DNA of 63,951 bases, counting the filler, from Saprolegnia diclina VS20 (taxonomy: Eukaryota), in NCBI RefSeq assembly GCF_000281045.1. It is 4 parts of 2 records of this genome, joined end to end, with 100 filler letters (N's around TTAATTAATTAA, not from the genome) between each part and the next. Parts side by side here need not be neighbours in the genome. Positions count along the whole stretch, not along the records: positions 25,511 to 52,044 come from NW_008246076.1; 3 more parts are not named here. One strand, written 5' to 3'. The notes under the pieces are model-generated. The model did not search any database, had not been told where the DNA came from, and worked only from the letters and a program-made list of their open reading frames with translations. The translations under genes were made by a program, and so were the position numbers. Positions 33,958 through 46,152 of the stretch are shown piece by piece. Positions within the stretch are counted from its first letter, which is position 1. Every line of letters starts with the position of its first letter.

Positions 33958-35227
33958 ATGGGAACGACCGAGTCGCGGACGACGCCGCCGCCGCATGCGT
34001 CCGGCGCGATGCTCTGGAAGGCGTCGCGGCTGGGCGACGTCAACAAGGTCCGCGCGATCCTGCTGCACCCGGACGCGGCCATATTTGTCAACTGGACCCA
34101 CCCCGAGCATGGCACGACGCCCCTCATGATGGCGAGTCTCTGCGGCAAGGTATGACCTACAGCACCCATCCACAAGCCGAAACTAGCATGTATGGCTAGC
34201 ACAAGCTCGTATCGATGCTGCTCGAGAGAGGTGCGGGCGTCAACGTCCGCGACCGCGCCGGCGGCAATACGGCGCTGCACTTTGCGGCGGCCAAGAACAA
34301 GGTCGGCGTTGTCGAGAAGCTCCTGTCGGCCAACTGCGACGCGCACATCTGGAACGACGATGGCCTCGCTGCCATCGACCTTGCGCGCTTTGCCGGCCAG
34401 CGGGAGGTCGCGCTGCTACTCTCGCGCCGGTTTGTGACGGCCAAGGGCTTCCTTTACGTCAAGAAAGGCCACTCGGTTTTTACGCAGTGGAAGAAGCAGT
34501 GGTGCATGCTTCTCGAGTGCACGACCGACCAGTCGTGTCTTGAACTCGCCATGTACAAGGAGCCGGACGATGTCAAGCCCACCAAAGTCCTCTTGCTGAG
34601 CGCGGCCGCGACCGCTGTTTCGCCGACGTCGTCGAGCCGCCACGTGCGCAAGCACACGTTCCACTTTACGCCCAACGCGACCATCCAGCGCTACCAGCGC
34701 GATGCGTTCTCACGGTCCGAGAGCATCCGTGGGCGCCGGCACCTTCCCAGCTACAGCGCCAACGGCGTGCGCTTTGCGACAGAGACCGAGGACGGTCGCC
34801 GGCAGTGGGTCGAGCTCCTCGGTCCGCTCGCGTTCACGCCACTGCCACCCCGAATGGTGCGCTCCGCCTGTCCGGTGGCCAGGTCAACTGCATGCATCTT
34901 GCCTAGGACAATGTGCCACAACGCAGCAGCAACAACAACTCTATCGAAACCACCCTCGAGGACCAAAAGCAAGATATGCGTTGCTACAACGTAGGGCCCG
35001 AGCCGTGCCCCGAGGTGCGTCCGTCGGCGCCGCCGCTCGAGCTCGGCGCGTTCGAGGCCAACAACGACTGCGTCATCTGCATGGACCAGCCGCGCGCCGC
35101 AGTCGTTGTGCCATGTGGCCACCTCGCGGGCTGCTACCCGTGTCTCCAGGAGCATCAGCGCAAAGCGACGGGATGCCCGATATGCCGGACGCCCATCGCG
35201 ACCGTCGTCCGCGTCTTCACGTGCTAA
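33958..35227 (+). CDS. Ankyrin + PH-like + PSAP + RING E3 ligase (XBAT34/35-like), copy 3; 3 exons
   Basis: MGTTES (MGxxxS myristoylation motif); ankyrin repeats; KGFLYVKK..QWKKQWCML..FATETEDGRRQWV (PH); RPSAPPLE; CVICMD..VPCGHLAGCYPC..CPICR. Introns 34150-34199 and 34857-34906. Confidence 0.9.
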
Positions 35228-36203
35228 TACTACGCTCATGGTCAGTACCGGTCCCGTCGTTCGTCCCTGAACGCACGACCTATCGTTCTCTGCAGATCCC
35301 GCTGGCGTACCCCGACCAGGCGCCGGTTTCTTTGCATCCGTGCGATGACGAGCAGAAGTGTAGCTTTGCATTTCATTTTGCCATCTGGTGGCGCTGGATC
35401 TGGCACCCACCTCGAGTTCGTGTACGCGTCTGGTCAGCGCGATTTGGTATGGTTTCTGCAACCACACCGATTTTCTGAAGCGATGCGCCCATGGCGCATG
35501 CGTTGCTCACTGCACATATCGGGCCAAACGCTCGCTCGTTCCGTCCTCGCAACGCAAGGTCTTTGCAACCACCTCTTTTCTCACAAGGAATTTGGTGAAT
35601 TGGGTGTGTTCCGAAACCTCAGGAATGGCGTGTCGCGCGGCCTCGCAAAGGGTCCCGCCCGACGCAAGTGCAATTACATGGTATTCTACGGGCCGTTTCG
35701 CGTCCTCCAAGTACTGTTCATTGTCGTGCCTTCAACCAAACGAAAATACTTTGTGGGCAGAGTCGGTGAACATCGCGATGCTTTCTGACCCAAGACACTT
35801 GCATATCAATATCAACCCTCGTGTCCCTGAATAGATAGCGATATGTCGTATGTACAGCAAGAGAAATGCAACTTCAGGAAGCAAGTCCGCACGATCGCCA
35901 GGCCGGGTCGTTTCTTTGCCAGCGCCATCAGCGTGTCGGGCTCGGGACCTCTGCGTTTCTATATTTTGCAATACAGAATGGATTCGTTTTGATCTTCAAC
36001 CCCACATACACTCTACTGTAAACCTGTCATAATACATATATGGTACAAAATGATTTTGCATTTGCGGGACGGGACAGGGGCTGCGGTGGGTTGAAGTGTT
36101 GCACGCTTGGCAGCATGTGGCGTCGCCCGCCGAGCTCTTGAAGCTCAAGAAAGCCACCACTGTCTCATATGGATGCAGCGGCAAAGCAGAGATTCCACGC
36201 ACC

Positions 36204-36218
36204 TCACTTTACAATTTC
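36204..36218 (+). promoter_or_regulatory. Oomycete Inr+FPR core promoter
   Basis: TCACTTTACAATTTC matches YCAYTYYNCAWTTT, about 50 nt upstream of the ATG at 36257. Confidence 0.7.
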
Positions 36219-36256
36219 GTGTCAACCAGCACCATCCCCCCATCAACCTCTTCACG

Positions 36257-37210
36257 ATGGACCTCTCTCGCATTCTCGCGCCCATCGAGTTGGACGCGTT
36301 TGACGACCACGACATGACCGACGCCTCCATGTCGTCGTCGCCTCGGTCGTCCAACGGCGGCGACTCGCCGCGCGCGTCGGCGCCGCATCTCCGCATGGGC
36401 AAATGGTTTCCGGAAGAAGAGCAGTTTGCTCTCGTGCTCATCGAGTGCTTCATCCTCGGCGCGTTCGCCGACCTTGCGACCGGCACGTCGCTCCGGTCGT
36501 TCCTCGCCGAGAAGCTCCAGTGCCCGCCCATGCGCATCTCCAAAAAGTTCTCGGGCGAAGGCCACCACCTCAACTTTGCCGGCGTCTCGATCCCCAAGAA
36601 GCTCGGCCAGAAGCGCTACTTGCGCCAGAACGTCGACGCGCTCGCGGCCGCCAAGCTCGCGTCGGTCGATGACCTCAAGGCGTCCTTCCTCCGCGCGGTG
36701 GCAGAAGAGAAGCAGCTCGACCTCGCGGTCAAGGACAAGCTGCCGAAGCGCGCCATGCGCAGTGAGCGCGGCGGCCTCTCGTTCGCGGCCAACAACCGCG
36801 TCGGCTACTGGTCGCGCGAAGAACAGACGTACGCAAGCAAGCTCATCGAGGCCTTCATGAAGGGCCAGCTCCAGCTGCGCAAGGGCACGTCGCTCCGGTC
36901 GTTCCTTGCTCACCGCCTCGGCTGCAACCCGATGCGCGTCTCCAAGAAGCTCGCGACGTGCGCGATTGCGGGCATGGAGATTCCCCGGCGCATTGGCACG
37001 GCGACGTACCAGCCCAAGATGTACCAAGACGCGAGCATGGCCGAGATCCTCCAGACCGAGCGCGAGCTGCAGTCGCTCCGGGCGCTCTGCTTTGGCGAGT
37101 CCATCGACGTCCTCCAAGACAAGCTCCTCACGTCGTTCCCGTCGCGCCCGCTCAGCTCCTTCTCGATGCTGTGCGCGGCCGCCCAGACGTCCGGTGTTGT
37201 GGGGCACTAA
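36257..37210 (+). CDS. Putative transcription regulator with two copies of an unnamed Myb/HTH-like domain
   Basis: GKWFPEEEQFA..GTSLRSFLAEKLQCPPMRISKK and GYWSREEQTYA..GTSLRSFLAHRLGCNPMRVSKK. Confidence 0.8.
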   Translation: MDLSRILAPIELDAFDDHDMTDASMSSSPRSSNGGDSPRASAPHLRMGKWFPEEEQFALVLIECFILGAFADLATGTSLRSFLAEKLQCPPMRISKKFSGEGHHLNFAGVSIPKKLGQKRYLRQNVDALAAAKLASVDDLKASFLRAVAEEKQLDLAVKDKLPKRAMRSERGGLSFAANNRVGYWSREEQTYASKLIEAFMKGQLQLRKGTSLRSFLAHRLGCNPMRVSKKLATCAIAGMEIPRRIGTATYQPKMYQDASMAEILQTERELQSLRALCFGESIDVLQDKLLTSFPSRPLSSFSMLCAAAQTSGVVGH

Positions 37211-37922
37211 ACCAGTGTTTCCGATCTATATTTAAAATACGACATATTATTTATCCTACAAACATCAAGTTGTTTTCAAATAAATCAAAACAATACAAAC
37301 AGAATATGTGATTGGTAAACACTGGATGCGACATGTCAACTCTGAGGCCCCTTGCCGTGGACGGTTCTATGCTTCGGCGCATGGCCGCGACGCGAGTAAT
37401 TCAAAGACGTTGAGCTTCTCGTTGAAGGCAACCAAGGAACCACGGTACGTACCTTGGACGCATCGGCCTCCGTGGCAGCGATAGGCTGTGAATCGGATGT
37501 GCATATCTGAGAAGGCAAAGCAAAGCAGCGTGAACCACCCAGAATGCGTTCGATGCACTGGACAACACTGGGCGTACGCAGCATCGCCAGCATGACTTAC
37601 ACTGCACGCTTCAAGCGGCAGACAGAGCACTGCCATGCCAGTTGCGGCAGAGTCCCGTGTGTATCTGGCCTTCAGAAATGCACCCAACCGCGTGTCAAAA
37701 ACGGGCAATAGTCCATTGTAATCCGACTTGTATCTCTACTGGTTACGTTTCTACAACTTGCAATCTACAAAAGGCGGTTTTGCGTTACTTGCCCCATCGT
37801 GTCGCTACCTGCGGTCGCAAAAAACGAACTTGGGGTTTGTATTGAGAAAATGAGTCGCATGGGATTGGCCGATTTTCACGGAATTTGCCCCAATCGGCGT
37901 CATTTGTCAATCGCCAAAGTCA

Positions 37923-38450
37923 ATGGGTCAATTCAAGAAGGCAGCCGGCACCAAGGCCAAGTCGGTCGCGCCGTCGCCGCAGCAGCTCGAGAAGGAGGTG
38001 CTCACGCACCATGCCAAGACCGTCTACTTCAACGGCCTCTGGAAGGACTTTTTGACAAAGGCCTGCGCCATGGTTGGCGGTGTCTCGGGCTACCACGCCT
38101 TCTCGCTCTTCAGCGGCGCCGGCTACAGCCTCCAGTTCAACCTCGCGTTCGAGCTCCTGTCGCTTGTCACGTCGATCTCGTGCGTGTTCTTCTTGCATCG
38201 CCTCTACAAGCCGCTCCTTCTCTTCAAGCTTGGCTTTAGCCTCATGCTCATCCAGCTGTGCTGGTTTGGCGCCCAGGTCTACAACCTCCGCGTGCACAAC
38301 GTCAAGGGCGAGCTCGACAACGACCAGACGCCCATGGGCACGATCTGCTTTCTCTTTTGCTGGGCCTCGGACCGCTACATGCTGCGCAACGAAGCCACGG
38401 CGCAAAAGGCCACGGCCGAAGTCTCGCAAATCGCCAAGAAGCTGCAGTAG
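37923..38450 (+). CDS. Small multi-pass membrane protein of unknown function (175 aa)
   Basis: Clean ORF with strong codon bias, 3-4 hydrophobic segments and upstream CCAAT boxes. Confidence 0.75.
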   Translation: MGQFKKAAGTKAKSVAPSPQQLEKEVLTHHAKTVYFNGLWKDFLTKACAMVGGVSGYHAFSLFSGAGYSLQFNLAFELLSLVTSISCVFFLHRLYKPLLLFKLGFSLMLIQLCWFGAQVYNLRVHNVKGELDNDQTPMGTICFLFCWASDRYMLRNEATAQKATAEVSQIAKKLQ

Positions 38451-38942
38451 AAAGTCCCTCCTCGCCCATGTCTAATAGAGTCGACGTTCTTTTGGTGGAG
38501 CTAGTCACTTCTTCAGTGATGCACCTTGCATCACGCGTGCATGCGAGCGCCTTGGGACACGCGTCTCGTCCATCACGCCGTCGCAGCGCTGCATCGACCC
38601 GACGAAGCTTGGCCAATGTGTCCCAGCTCATTGACACCGTCCATATCTCAGCGCCACGTGATAGAGAGGCCCGCTGCTGTCGCACATGTTCATGACGACC
38701 GCGGCTGCAACCTCTATGCTGCAGCATGTCCCGGTTCTTCTGTCTGTCGGTCGCAGCAACCTTGCGACGCTCGGCCTACCGGTAGCTGCACGCCTGACGC
38801 TGCAGTCCCGCTGCTATATCACGCCAACTAGTAGAAGCTCAGAGTACACTCATCGTGCTCGGAGGAAGGAAGCTGCGGCGAAGTACGGTACTTGGCTGTG
38901 CGAATTGCGGGGCTTTTCCAACCGGACTCATTCTTCATCCGG

Positions 38943-40061
38943 ATGGACTTTGGTCCCCAGAATCCCGAGTGGGCCGACGTCCAGCGCGTGCCGCAGGACG
39001 ATGGGCCGAACCCCGCGGCCCCGATCAACTACTCGGGCTACTGTACATGGCCTCATACGCATGCGTCGCCTCATGCGTGTGCCTAGACCGCGACGTCATG
39101 GACCTCTTCCGCGCCGTGCTGCTCTCGGACGAGCTCAGCCAGCGCACGCTGACGCTGACCGAGGCCGTCATCGAGTGCAACGCGGCCAACTACACGGCGT
39201 GGTAGGCTACGTGGGCAAGGCACATGGGCGCGAGTGCTACGCGTAGGCACTTTCGGCGCAAGGTGCTCAAGGCGCTCGGCGCCGACTTGGCCGACGAACT
39301 TGACTTTTGCATGGACAAGGCGCTCGACAACCCGAAAAACTACCAGATTTGGCACCACCGCCGCGAGATTGTCGACCGGTTCAACGACCCCAAGTTTGAG
39401 CTGCCGTTCATCGCCGAGGCGCTCTCGGACGACAGCAAGAACTACCACTGCTGGTCGTACCGCCAATGGGTCGTGCGGCGCTTCGACCTCTGGGACGGCG
39501 AAATCGCGTTCGTCGACGAGATGCTCGCCCACGACATGCGCAACAACTCGGTACGCTATTGTGTCATTTTGTGTATTTTGTGTGTATTTTATGTATTTTT
39601 GCGTATTTTGAGCACAAATTGTCTAACTTGCAATGTTTCAAGGCGTGGAACCACCGGTGGTTTGTCATGAACCACTCGCCGCCGAGCGCGATCGTGCGCG
39701 CGCAAGAGATCGACGTTGCGTTCGCGTACATTGCAAAGGCGCCGCACAACGAAAGCGCGTGGAACTATCTCCGCGGCTGGATCGCGCACCAGGACTTTGT
39801 CGAGCTCCCGACCATCCAAGCCAAGTGCCAAGCCATCTACGCGGCGCACCCGACGTGCACGTTTGCGGCCAGTGTCCTTGTCGACATTCTATCGCAAGAA
39901 CCGACGCCGGTCAACGTGGCGTCGGCGACCGAGGTAGGTGCCTCTTGCTTGCATCAGGAGGGCTCATGGCTTCTGTGGCGTAGATCTTGGAGCAGCTCAT
40001 GGTGGTCGACCCGGTCCGCGCGCCGTACTGGAGCTACGTCCAGAAGGGTCTCCATGCGTAA
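38943..40061 (+). CDS. FNTA: Protein farnesyltransferase/GGTase-I alpha subunit; 5 exons
   Basis: WADVQRVPQDDGP; PPTA repeats NAANYTAW, NPKNYQIWHHR, DSKNYHCWSYR, DMRNNSAWNHR, APHNESAWNYL; DPVRAPYW. Confidence 0.93.
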
Positions 40062-40135
40062 TGGGCCGCAAAACCAAGTACAGGAGAAGACGATATTGTG
40101 CAACAACACGACAGATTGTCTATCGTTTCGACAAA

Positions 40136-43076
40136 TTACATGCCCGGCGGGAAGGTGCTGACGGTCGCCATGTCTTCGATCTTGGTGCCGTTGATGACGA
40201 ATTCGAGCTTGATGCGCATCATGATGGGTTTCTAGTCATGTGGTCAATAACGTCCTAGACCACAAGGACGATTGTGGGATAGTACCTCGCCGTGGTTGGT
40301 GTTTTGGATCTTGGCGACTTGGGTCAAGCGACCGCCCATGTTGGCCGGCACGGTCGTCCCGCTCGGCGGCTCCATGATGAGGCGAATGTACTACATATGA
40401 CATCGCTAAAGTCCAAACGACAGAATATACCTTGGGAAACGCGGCCTGCAGCACAAACTGGTCGAGCTGGTAGGCCGACGCATTCGTAAACATGCACGAA
40501 ATGTATGTGATCGACGGGTCCGACGGGTTGGGCTTGGAGAGCTCCATGTCCATCGAGAGCCCGTTCTTCTCGTATGCGCGAATGTGCTGGCCCGGCGGCG
40601 CGACGGCCGCGACCTCGGGCTGCGCTGATTGCGCCATCATCCCAAGCAGATCGGCGGCGGCCGACGAGGCCACCGGTGCCGGCGTCGGTGTCGGTGTCGG
40701 CGCCGAAAAGAGGTCGGCCAACAGGTCGACAGCGGGCGGCATCGGTGCAGGTGCCGGCGCCGGCGCCGTTGGCGCGCCACCACCAAAAATGTCGTCGAGG
40801 TCCAAGAGGTTGGCGGCCGGCGCCGTCGGTTTAGTTTCTGCAAAGTCGCTCGCGTTCGAGATGGGCGCGGCCGAGATCGAGAGCGACTGGGACTGCCGCG
40901 TGCGGACGCGCGCCATGTCGATGATGGGCATCGGCGCGAGGACGTCGGGTCGGATGCTGCTCCAGCGCGGCTCGAGCAAGCCAACAAACTCGACCGCACG
41001 CTGCTGCAAGTCGACCGTCTACGCCACCATTATCAACTTGATACATTGAAAGAAACACGACAGACCAGCGAGTTTTTGTAGCCAGCGAGAAGCGTCTCGA
41101 GGCTCGCAATCGCCGTCGGGTCGTGGAGGCGCGTCGTGAGCTTGACGGCCGCCGTGAGCCCGTACGCTTTGGTCGTGTCGGTCGCCGACTGGTGACGCAT
41201 GCACGTCACAAGTACGTCGACGATCGCCGCATCCTCGACCTTGGACTTGCCGACAAGCGTCTCCTCGTCGGCCGGCGGGTCCTGGCCGAGCGCGCGGCCG
41301 TACTCACCGAGGCACCACAAGGTCACATGCGACAGCGCGAGCTGGCTCATGTCTTCCTTGAGCGCCCAAAAGAGCTTGTGCACCACATAGCCGTGGAGCT
41401 CCGGGTTCTTCTGAATGAGCACGATGAGCGAACTCGCAATGCGGTCGTCCGTGAGCGCGCTCCCCGCAATCGAGAGCATCGTGATGAGCGTGTCAATGTG
41501 CCAACGCTGCGTCGGCGCGTACCGCTCGACCGCATCTAGTCACCTTTGTGAGCAATTTTCGTGCGGATCTAGACCGTGTGTACCAGCGATGCGCGAGCAC
41601 AGCGCGGGCTTTTGGTCGTTGGGCGACACGACGAGGTAGTTGAGCATTTCGCGCGCCAACTAGAGATACGTGGCAGCGTGAGCGTGCAGACTAAGATCGG
41701 AGCGGTACGGATTGAATGTTGGTTTCGTTGACGAGCGCGTAAATGAGTTCGAGCGCACGCTGCCGGATGGACGCGTCCGGGTCCTTCAAGCAGTCGACGA
41801 TCGTGTTGCGGTGGCGCTGCACGGCTGGCGCATCGTCCGCAATGACCTGTACATGAGAGTGAGCGCGAGAGTGAGAGGGAGAGTGTACCTTGGAGAGCGT
41901 GTTGAGCGCCACGTAGCGAATGTTGTTGTCGCGGTTGAGGAGGAAGCGGCCGAGGATGTTGATCGCCAACACCTTGAGCCCGCTCTCGCTCTGGATCGAC
42001 ATGATGGTCGAGACGCACTCGTACAAGATGGCGTTGCCCGCGTTCTTGGACGTCTCCGTGTTGGTCGCGACTTGGGCAAGCACGTCGTTCATGGCCTCGC
42101 TTGCCTCGTCGTCGTCCTGGCCAAGAAGGCGGAGGCAGCTACGGTTCCGATTGTCGCCTGCACCGTACCCAGATGAATCGACGTACCTGAGGATGTTGAC
42201 TTGCAGAAACGGGTCGACGATGCCCGAGACGTCGTACTCGGGCGTGTAGTTGTTGGAGAGGAGGTTGCGGAGCTCCTTGACGAGCGTCGGCACGAGCGCC
42301 TTGAAGTAGCCAATGTGGCCTTCGTGGTCGATCAAGAGCAAGTCGATGATGAGTTGGACGCCCGTGAGCAGCACGGCGTGGTTGCGGCACTTGAGCAAGT
42401 CGTGGATCGGCTCGATAAAGTCCTCGACGAGCTCGGGCACTTGGCGGAAGACGCGGACGCACGCGAGCGCGGCCTTCTTGCGCAGATAGTCGTTCTCGCT
42501 CTTGAGGTGCTTGTCAATGTCCGTGATCAAGTCGCGCGCCATGTCGGGCTACAGTAGCGGTCGATAGATTGATACGGCCAGCCAGCCATGCGTACCGAGG
42601 CAATGTTGCCGACCGCCGTCAACGAGAGCCCGACCACGAACGGGTTGACATGGTTGAGGTCGCTAGAAGCACGCTTTGAGAGGGCCATGGCCTGCGCAGA
42701 GGCACGTACTTTTTGAGCGAGTTGGTCACAAGCGTCAACACCTCCTCTTGGTCGTTGAGCAGCAGCATGAGACCCTACCACCATAGCGCACATGAGCCGA
42801 GAGCGGTGCGACGCGGTGTACGAGATAGCCTATTCTCTTCTCGGAGAAGTTGTTGGCGGCAATGAGCTTGAGGCATTCCATCTGCCCAAAGTGGCTGGGG
42901 TACCCGAGCATGTGAATGAAGAGGAGCTTGGCCACGTTGCGGTGGCGGTACTGCTTGTCCTGGTCCTTGAAGGCCGTGCGGATCAAGGCGCTCTCCTTCG
43001 CGATCACTGCCCGCTCCTCGGCGGCCGTCTTGCACGCGCGGACGTTCCGGATCAAATCGCGCAGCTTGATGCTCAT
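40136..43076 (-). CDS. AP1G1: AP-1 complex subunit gamma (gamma-adaptin); multi-exon
   Basis: [48 protein letters not shown] hinge and C-terminal ear domain (FVLQAAFPK). Confidence 0.95.
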
Positions 43077-45064
43077 CGTCGCTGCTTTCTGTCTTCCCAA
43101 CTGACTTGTGCGCCTGTGGTCGACTATTGCCCCGATGCCATTGGCCAAAAGAATGCCATTCCGCCCTATGATTGGTCAAGACGGCGATTTTCGAGCCGCT
43201 TTTAACCAATCCAAGCATGCTACATGGACATGGCAGGCGTCAAGCACCTCGGCGCTGCAGGTCAAGACGGCTGCGCGAGACGCTCGGACCAAAGCCTGCG
43301 CTAGCTGCACTGGCCTGTCGCTGGTGTCGGTGGACCTTGGTTACCCCTGGACACAGGCGTGGGCCCCCTGAAGTGCACGCTGGGCTAGCTCATGACCAGG
43401 CGTCAACATCGAGGTAGCTCGCGCATGACCCTTGACGAAGGACTCTACACGACCGCAGCAATCTGCAAATAGAGACGTCGCGAGGCTGGCGCTAGCCGGA
43501 GAAATCGCCTCGCCAAATGCCTTGTTTGCCTTGTTAGCTGATGTCCTTGTGGCGCTCTCCAGCTTGAGCAGAGATAGTCAGGCTCATAGCTCGAGGGCTG
43601 GGATCGGCAAAGGAGGTCATGGGTACCTACTAGTTGCCTCTACTCGTACACGCAGGAAGACACTGCCGTAGCTCATGTTGAGCGCTGTCCAGAGCAATGG
43701 CGGCGCTGGGTCGGACAGTGCCGGGTGGAAACCTTGATGACGGAATGGATGCACCACTGTGTCGAGATGAGCTGGCAGCACGAGAGCTCGTTCGAGCGAG
43801 AAATCCCTGCACCAGCTGCGCCCCGCTCCTGTATGCGATGCGGACGTTCCGAAGCAGCACACGCAGAGTGTTGGCTGCTTCTCGACCGCCAACAAACTTG
43901 AACCCAAGGCACTTCATTTTTTCGCCGCCCGGTCCTTTACAAAATGACGTCTTTTTTTGCTTGGCTTCTGGCCCGCGATCCTCCTGCGCGCACGTTCATG
44001 TAGCAGTCTTGGCCATGCAGCGCGACACCGCCACATCGACCACGCGCGTGTGTTTACGAACGCACGCTTGACATCGTGCACAGTGGGTAAGTGCAAGGTC
44101 CGTCCTGGCCACAAGAAAAGCGCGCATCGGATACCATTGCTGTCAATGGCTGGAAGAAGAAGAAGCCTGCAAGTGCTCCTACGGCGAGAACGAGAACGGT
44201 AGAAGGTCGTAGAGCGGCGTCATCGTCCCTCGCCGCCGACGCAGGCTCGTCCAGCTGCTCGCGAGTCGCGTTGTAGCGCCTCAGCGCAGGAGCTGTGACA
44301 CCGATCTTATCGCATTCTGATTGGCCAAAGTCGCTTCGACATGTCATAGTCCTAGCCCTATGACGCGTCGCGTCTGCAAATTTGGTGGTTTCCGTCATCA
44401 TTGGGAAGCGTACTTTATCGGGATTGAACTCGGTTTTGCTATGCATGGGGAGCGGCGCACTTGTACGAGACGATCCCACTGTGTCCCTTGGAATCCTCAA
44501 GTTCAACGTCTGCGCCGGGCATGTTCAAATTCGGTCTTTCGGCTTTCTATGCCACATCACTTGTCCTGATTAGGACAAAGCCTTGGCGACGCCAGCCATG
44601 GATTCTTTTGGCGCTTTCTCGACAGCGTCTCTGTGACTTACTCGGCCACTCGCCGTGCGTCACGCCAACGCAGACCAGAGACGCTGCAGACAGGCCGTTC
44701 ACGAACGTCTTCTTCCCGTCCTCAATGCATTTCTCTGCGTAATTTTACTTGGGTAGCGCCATCCTCCTTGACGACCCTTCCTCATGTTTCGACTCTTTTG
44801 TTGGTGCTATGCGCCGCCCAGGTCGCATTTTGCGCAACCTGCAATGGCGCCAGTGTATCACGATGGGTCACCTTCAACACGAGACGCTTGCGAGAAAGTA
44901 GCGAGTGATTGAGACGGAGCTGGGGCAAATTTCGAAATCTGAGACACCGAATAATTTCGGCCACGTTGACGGAGATGGGTAATCTCACAGCGCAGGCGCC
45001 GATTTGGGTCATTTCCAATTCGGCGCCGCCCTTCGAACGCTCTTCCTCTTCGCTCCGTACTACA

Positions 45065-45316
45065 ATGGACACGCTCAACTTTAAGATGCTGCAGCCGTCG
45101 ACGACCTTCAACGAGGCCCACCGCGCGCTCTCCAACTTTCTCTGCATTGGCTCGGACGAAGACACGCTCGACATCATCCAGGAGATGATGTTTATGAAGA
45201 AGTCGTTCTCGATCAAGCCGACGGTCGCGCTCTTCACGGCGCCCAAGGACAAGGCGCTGACCAAGGTCATCGAAGAGGACGACGAAGAAGAGGATGATTC
45301 GGAAGACGAGGCGTGA
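45065..45316 (+). CDS. Small hypothetical protein with acidic tail (83 aa)
   Basis: Coding-like codon bias; Inr-like TCATTTCCAATT at 45009; ends IEEDDEEEDDSEDEA. Confidence 0.6.
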   Translation: MDTLNFKMLQPSTTFNEAHRALSNFLCIGSDEDTLDIIQEMMFMKKSFSIKPTVALFTAPKDKALTKVIEEDDEEEDDSEDEA

Positions 45317-45447
45317 AGAGACGCCCAGCCGTGTCCGTGTAGTTTAGCCCTAATTAGAGTCCGTCGTCGTACTAGGAAGAAGATGATGGCGAGCGTCGTG
45401 CAACAAGAGATCTATTTATCGCATCCGTCTTGATTTGTGTGGTGAGT

Positions 45448-46152
45448 CTAGTTGGTCTTGGGGCGCAAGGATGCACTTGACGCGAGGTTGCTTTCGATCC
45501 AGAGCTGGACTTCGTCCGGGATCGGCGGCGGCGACAGACCTGGCGCGACCTTGGCGACGAGGGCCGACGGCCGCAGTCGCCCCAGCACGTTGTTCTTGAC
45601 GTACACGATCGCGTGCACAAAGTCTTGCTTGCCGTCCTTGCAGCGCGTGACGAAGCGCTGCTCGACGTAGAACGCCTGGTCGTCCCACGCCAACACCCGC
45701 GTCTCGAGCGCATACGTTTGGCCCAACGAGAGCTCGCGCCGATACCGCACAGTCTGTGCGCCAACCACGAGGTTGCCGCCTTCGGCGCGCAAGATGGCCC
45801 AGACGCCGTTGGCACGCCAAAAGTCCCGGCGCCCAAAGCCGCATTCGCGAAGGTACCGCGCGTTGTTGCAGTGGCCGTTCCGGTCAATGTCGCCGAGCGA
45901 GACGCGGCCATGGCGAACGTACGTGTCGACCAAGTCGGTGCGAGGCTTGGTCGGCAGCGGCAGCACGAGCAGGTGGAGCTGGTAGATGGCCATGTCGAGA
46001 AAGTACCAGCCGTCGCAGAAGACAAAGAACGACAGTCCCGCGAGGACCGCCGAGAGGCCGTGGCTGCAACCGACGGCGCCAAGCGCGGTGCCATAGACGC
46101 TGAGCGGGCCGAGCGCGAGGAGCGCGATGGTCGACAAGCCGTGCAGGATCAT
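45448..46152 (-). CDS. THEM6: THEM6-like hotdog-fold thioesterase with N-terminal membrane segments
   Basis: DIDRNGHCNNARYLRECGFGR, VRYRREL, WDDQAFYVEQRF. Confidence 0.88.
   Translation of the reverse strand: MILHGLSTIALLALGPLSVYGTALGAVGCSHGLSAVLAGLSFFVFCDGWYFLDMAIYQLHLLVLPLPTKPRTDLVDTYVRHGRVSLGDIDRNGHCNNARYLRECGFGRRDFWRANGVWAILRAEGGNLVVGAQTVRYRRELSLGQTYALETRVLAWDDQAFYVEQRFVTRCKDGKQDFVHAIVYVKNNVLGRLRPSALVAKVAPGLSPPPIPDEVQLWIESNLASSASLRPKTN

Noticed and set aside
43250..44900. Fragmentary ORFs upstream of AP1G1
   Set aside because: No consistent strand or frame bias and no identifiable domain.
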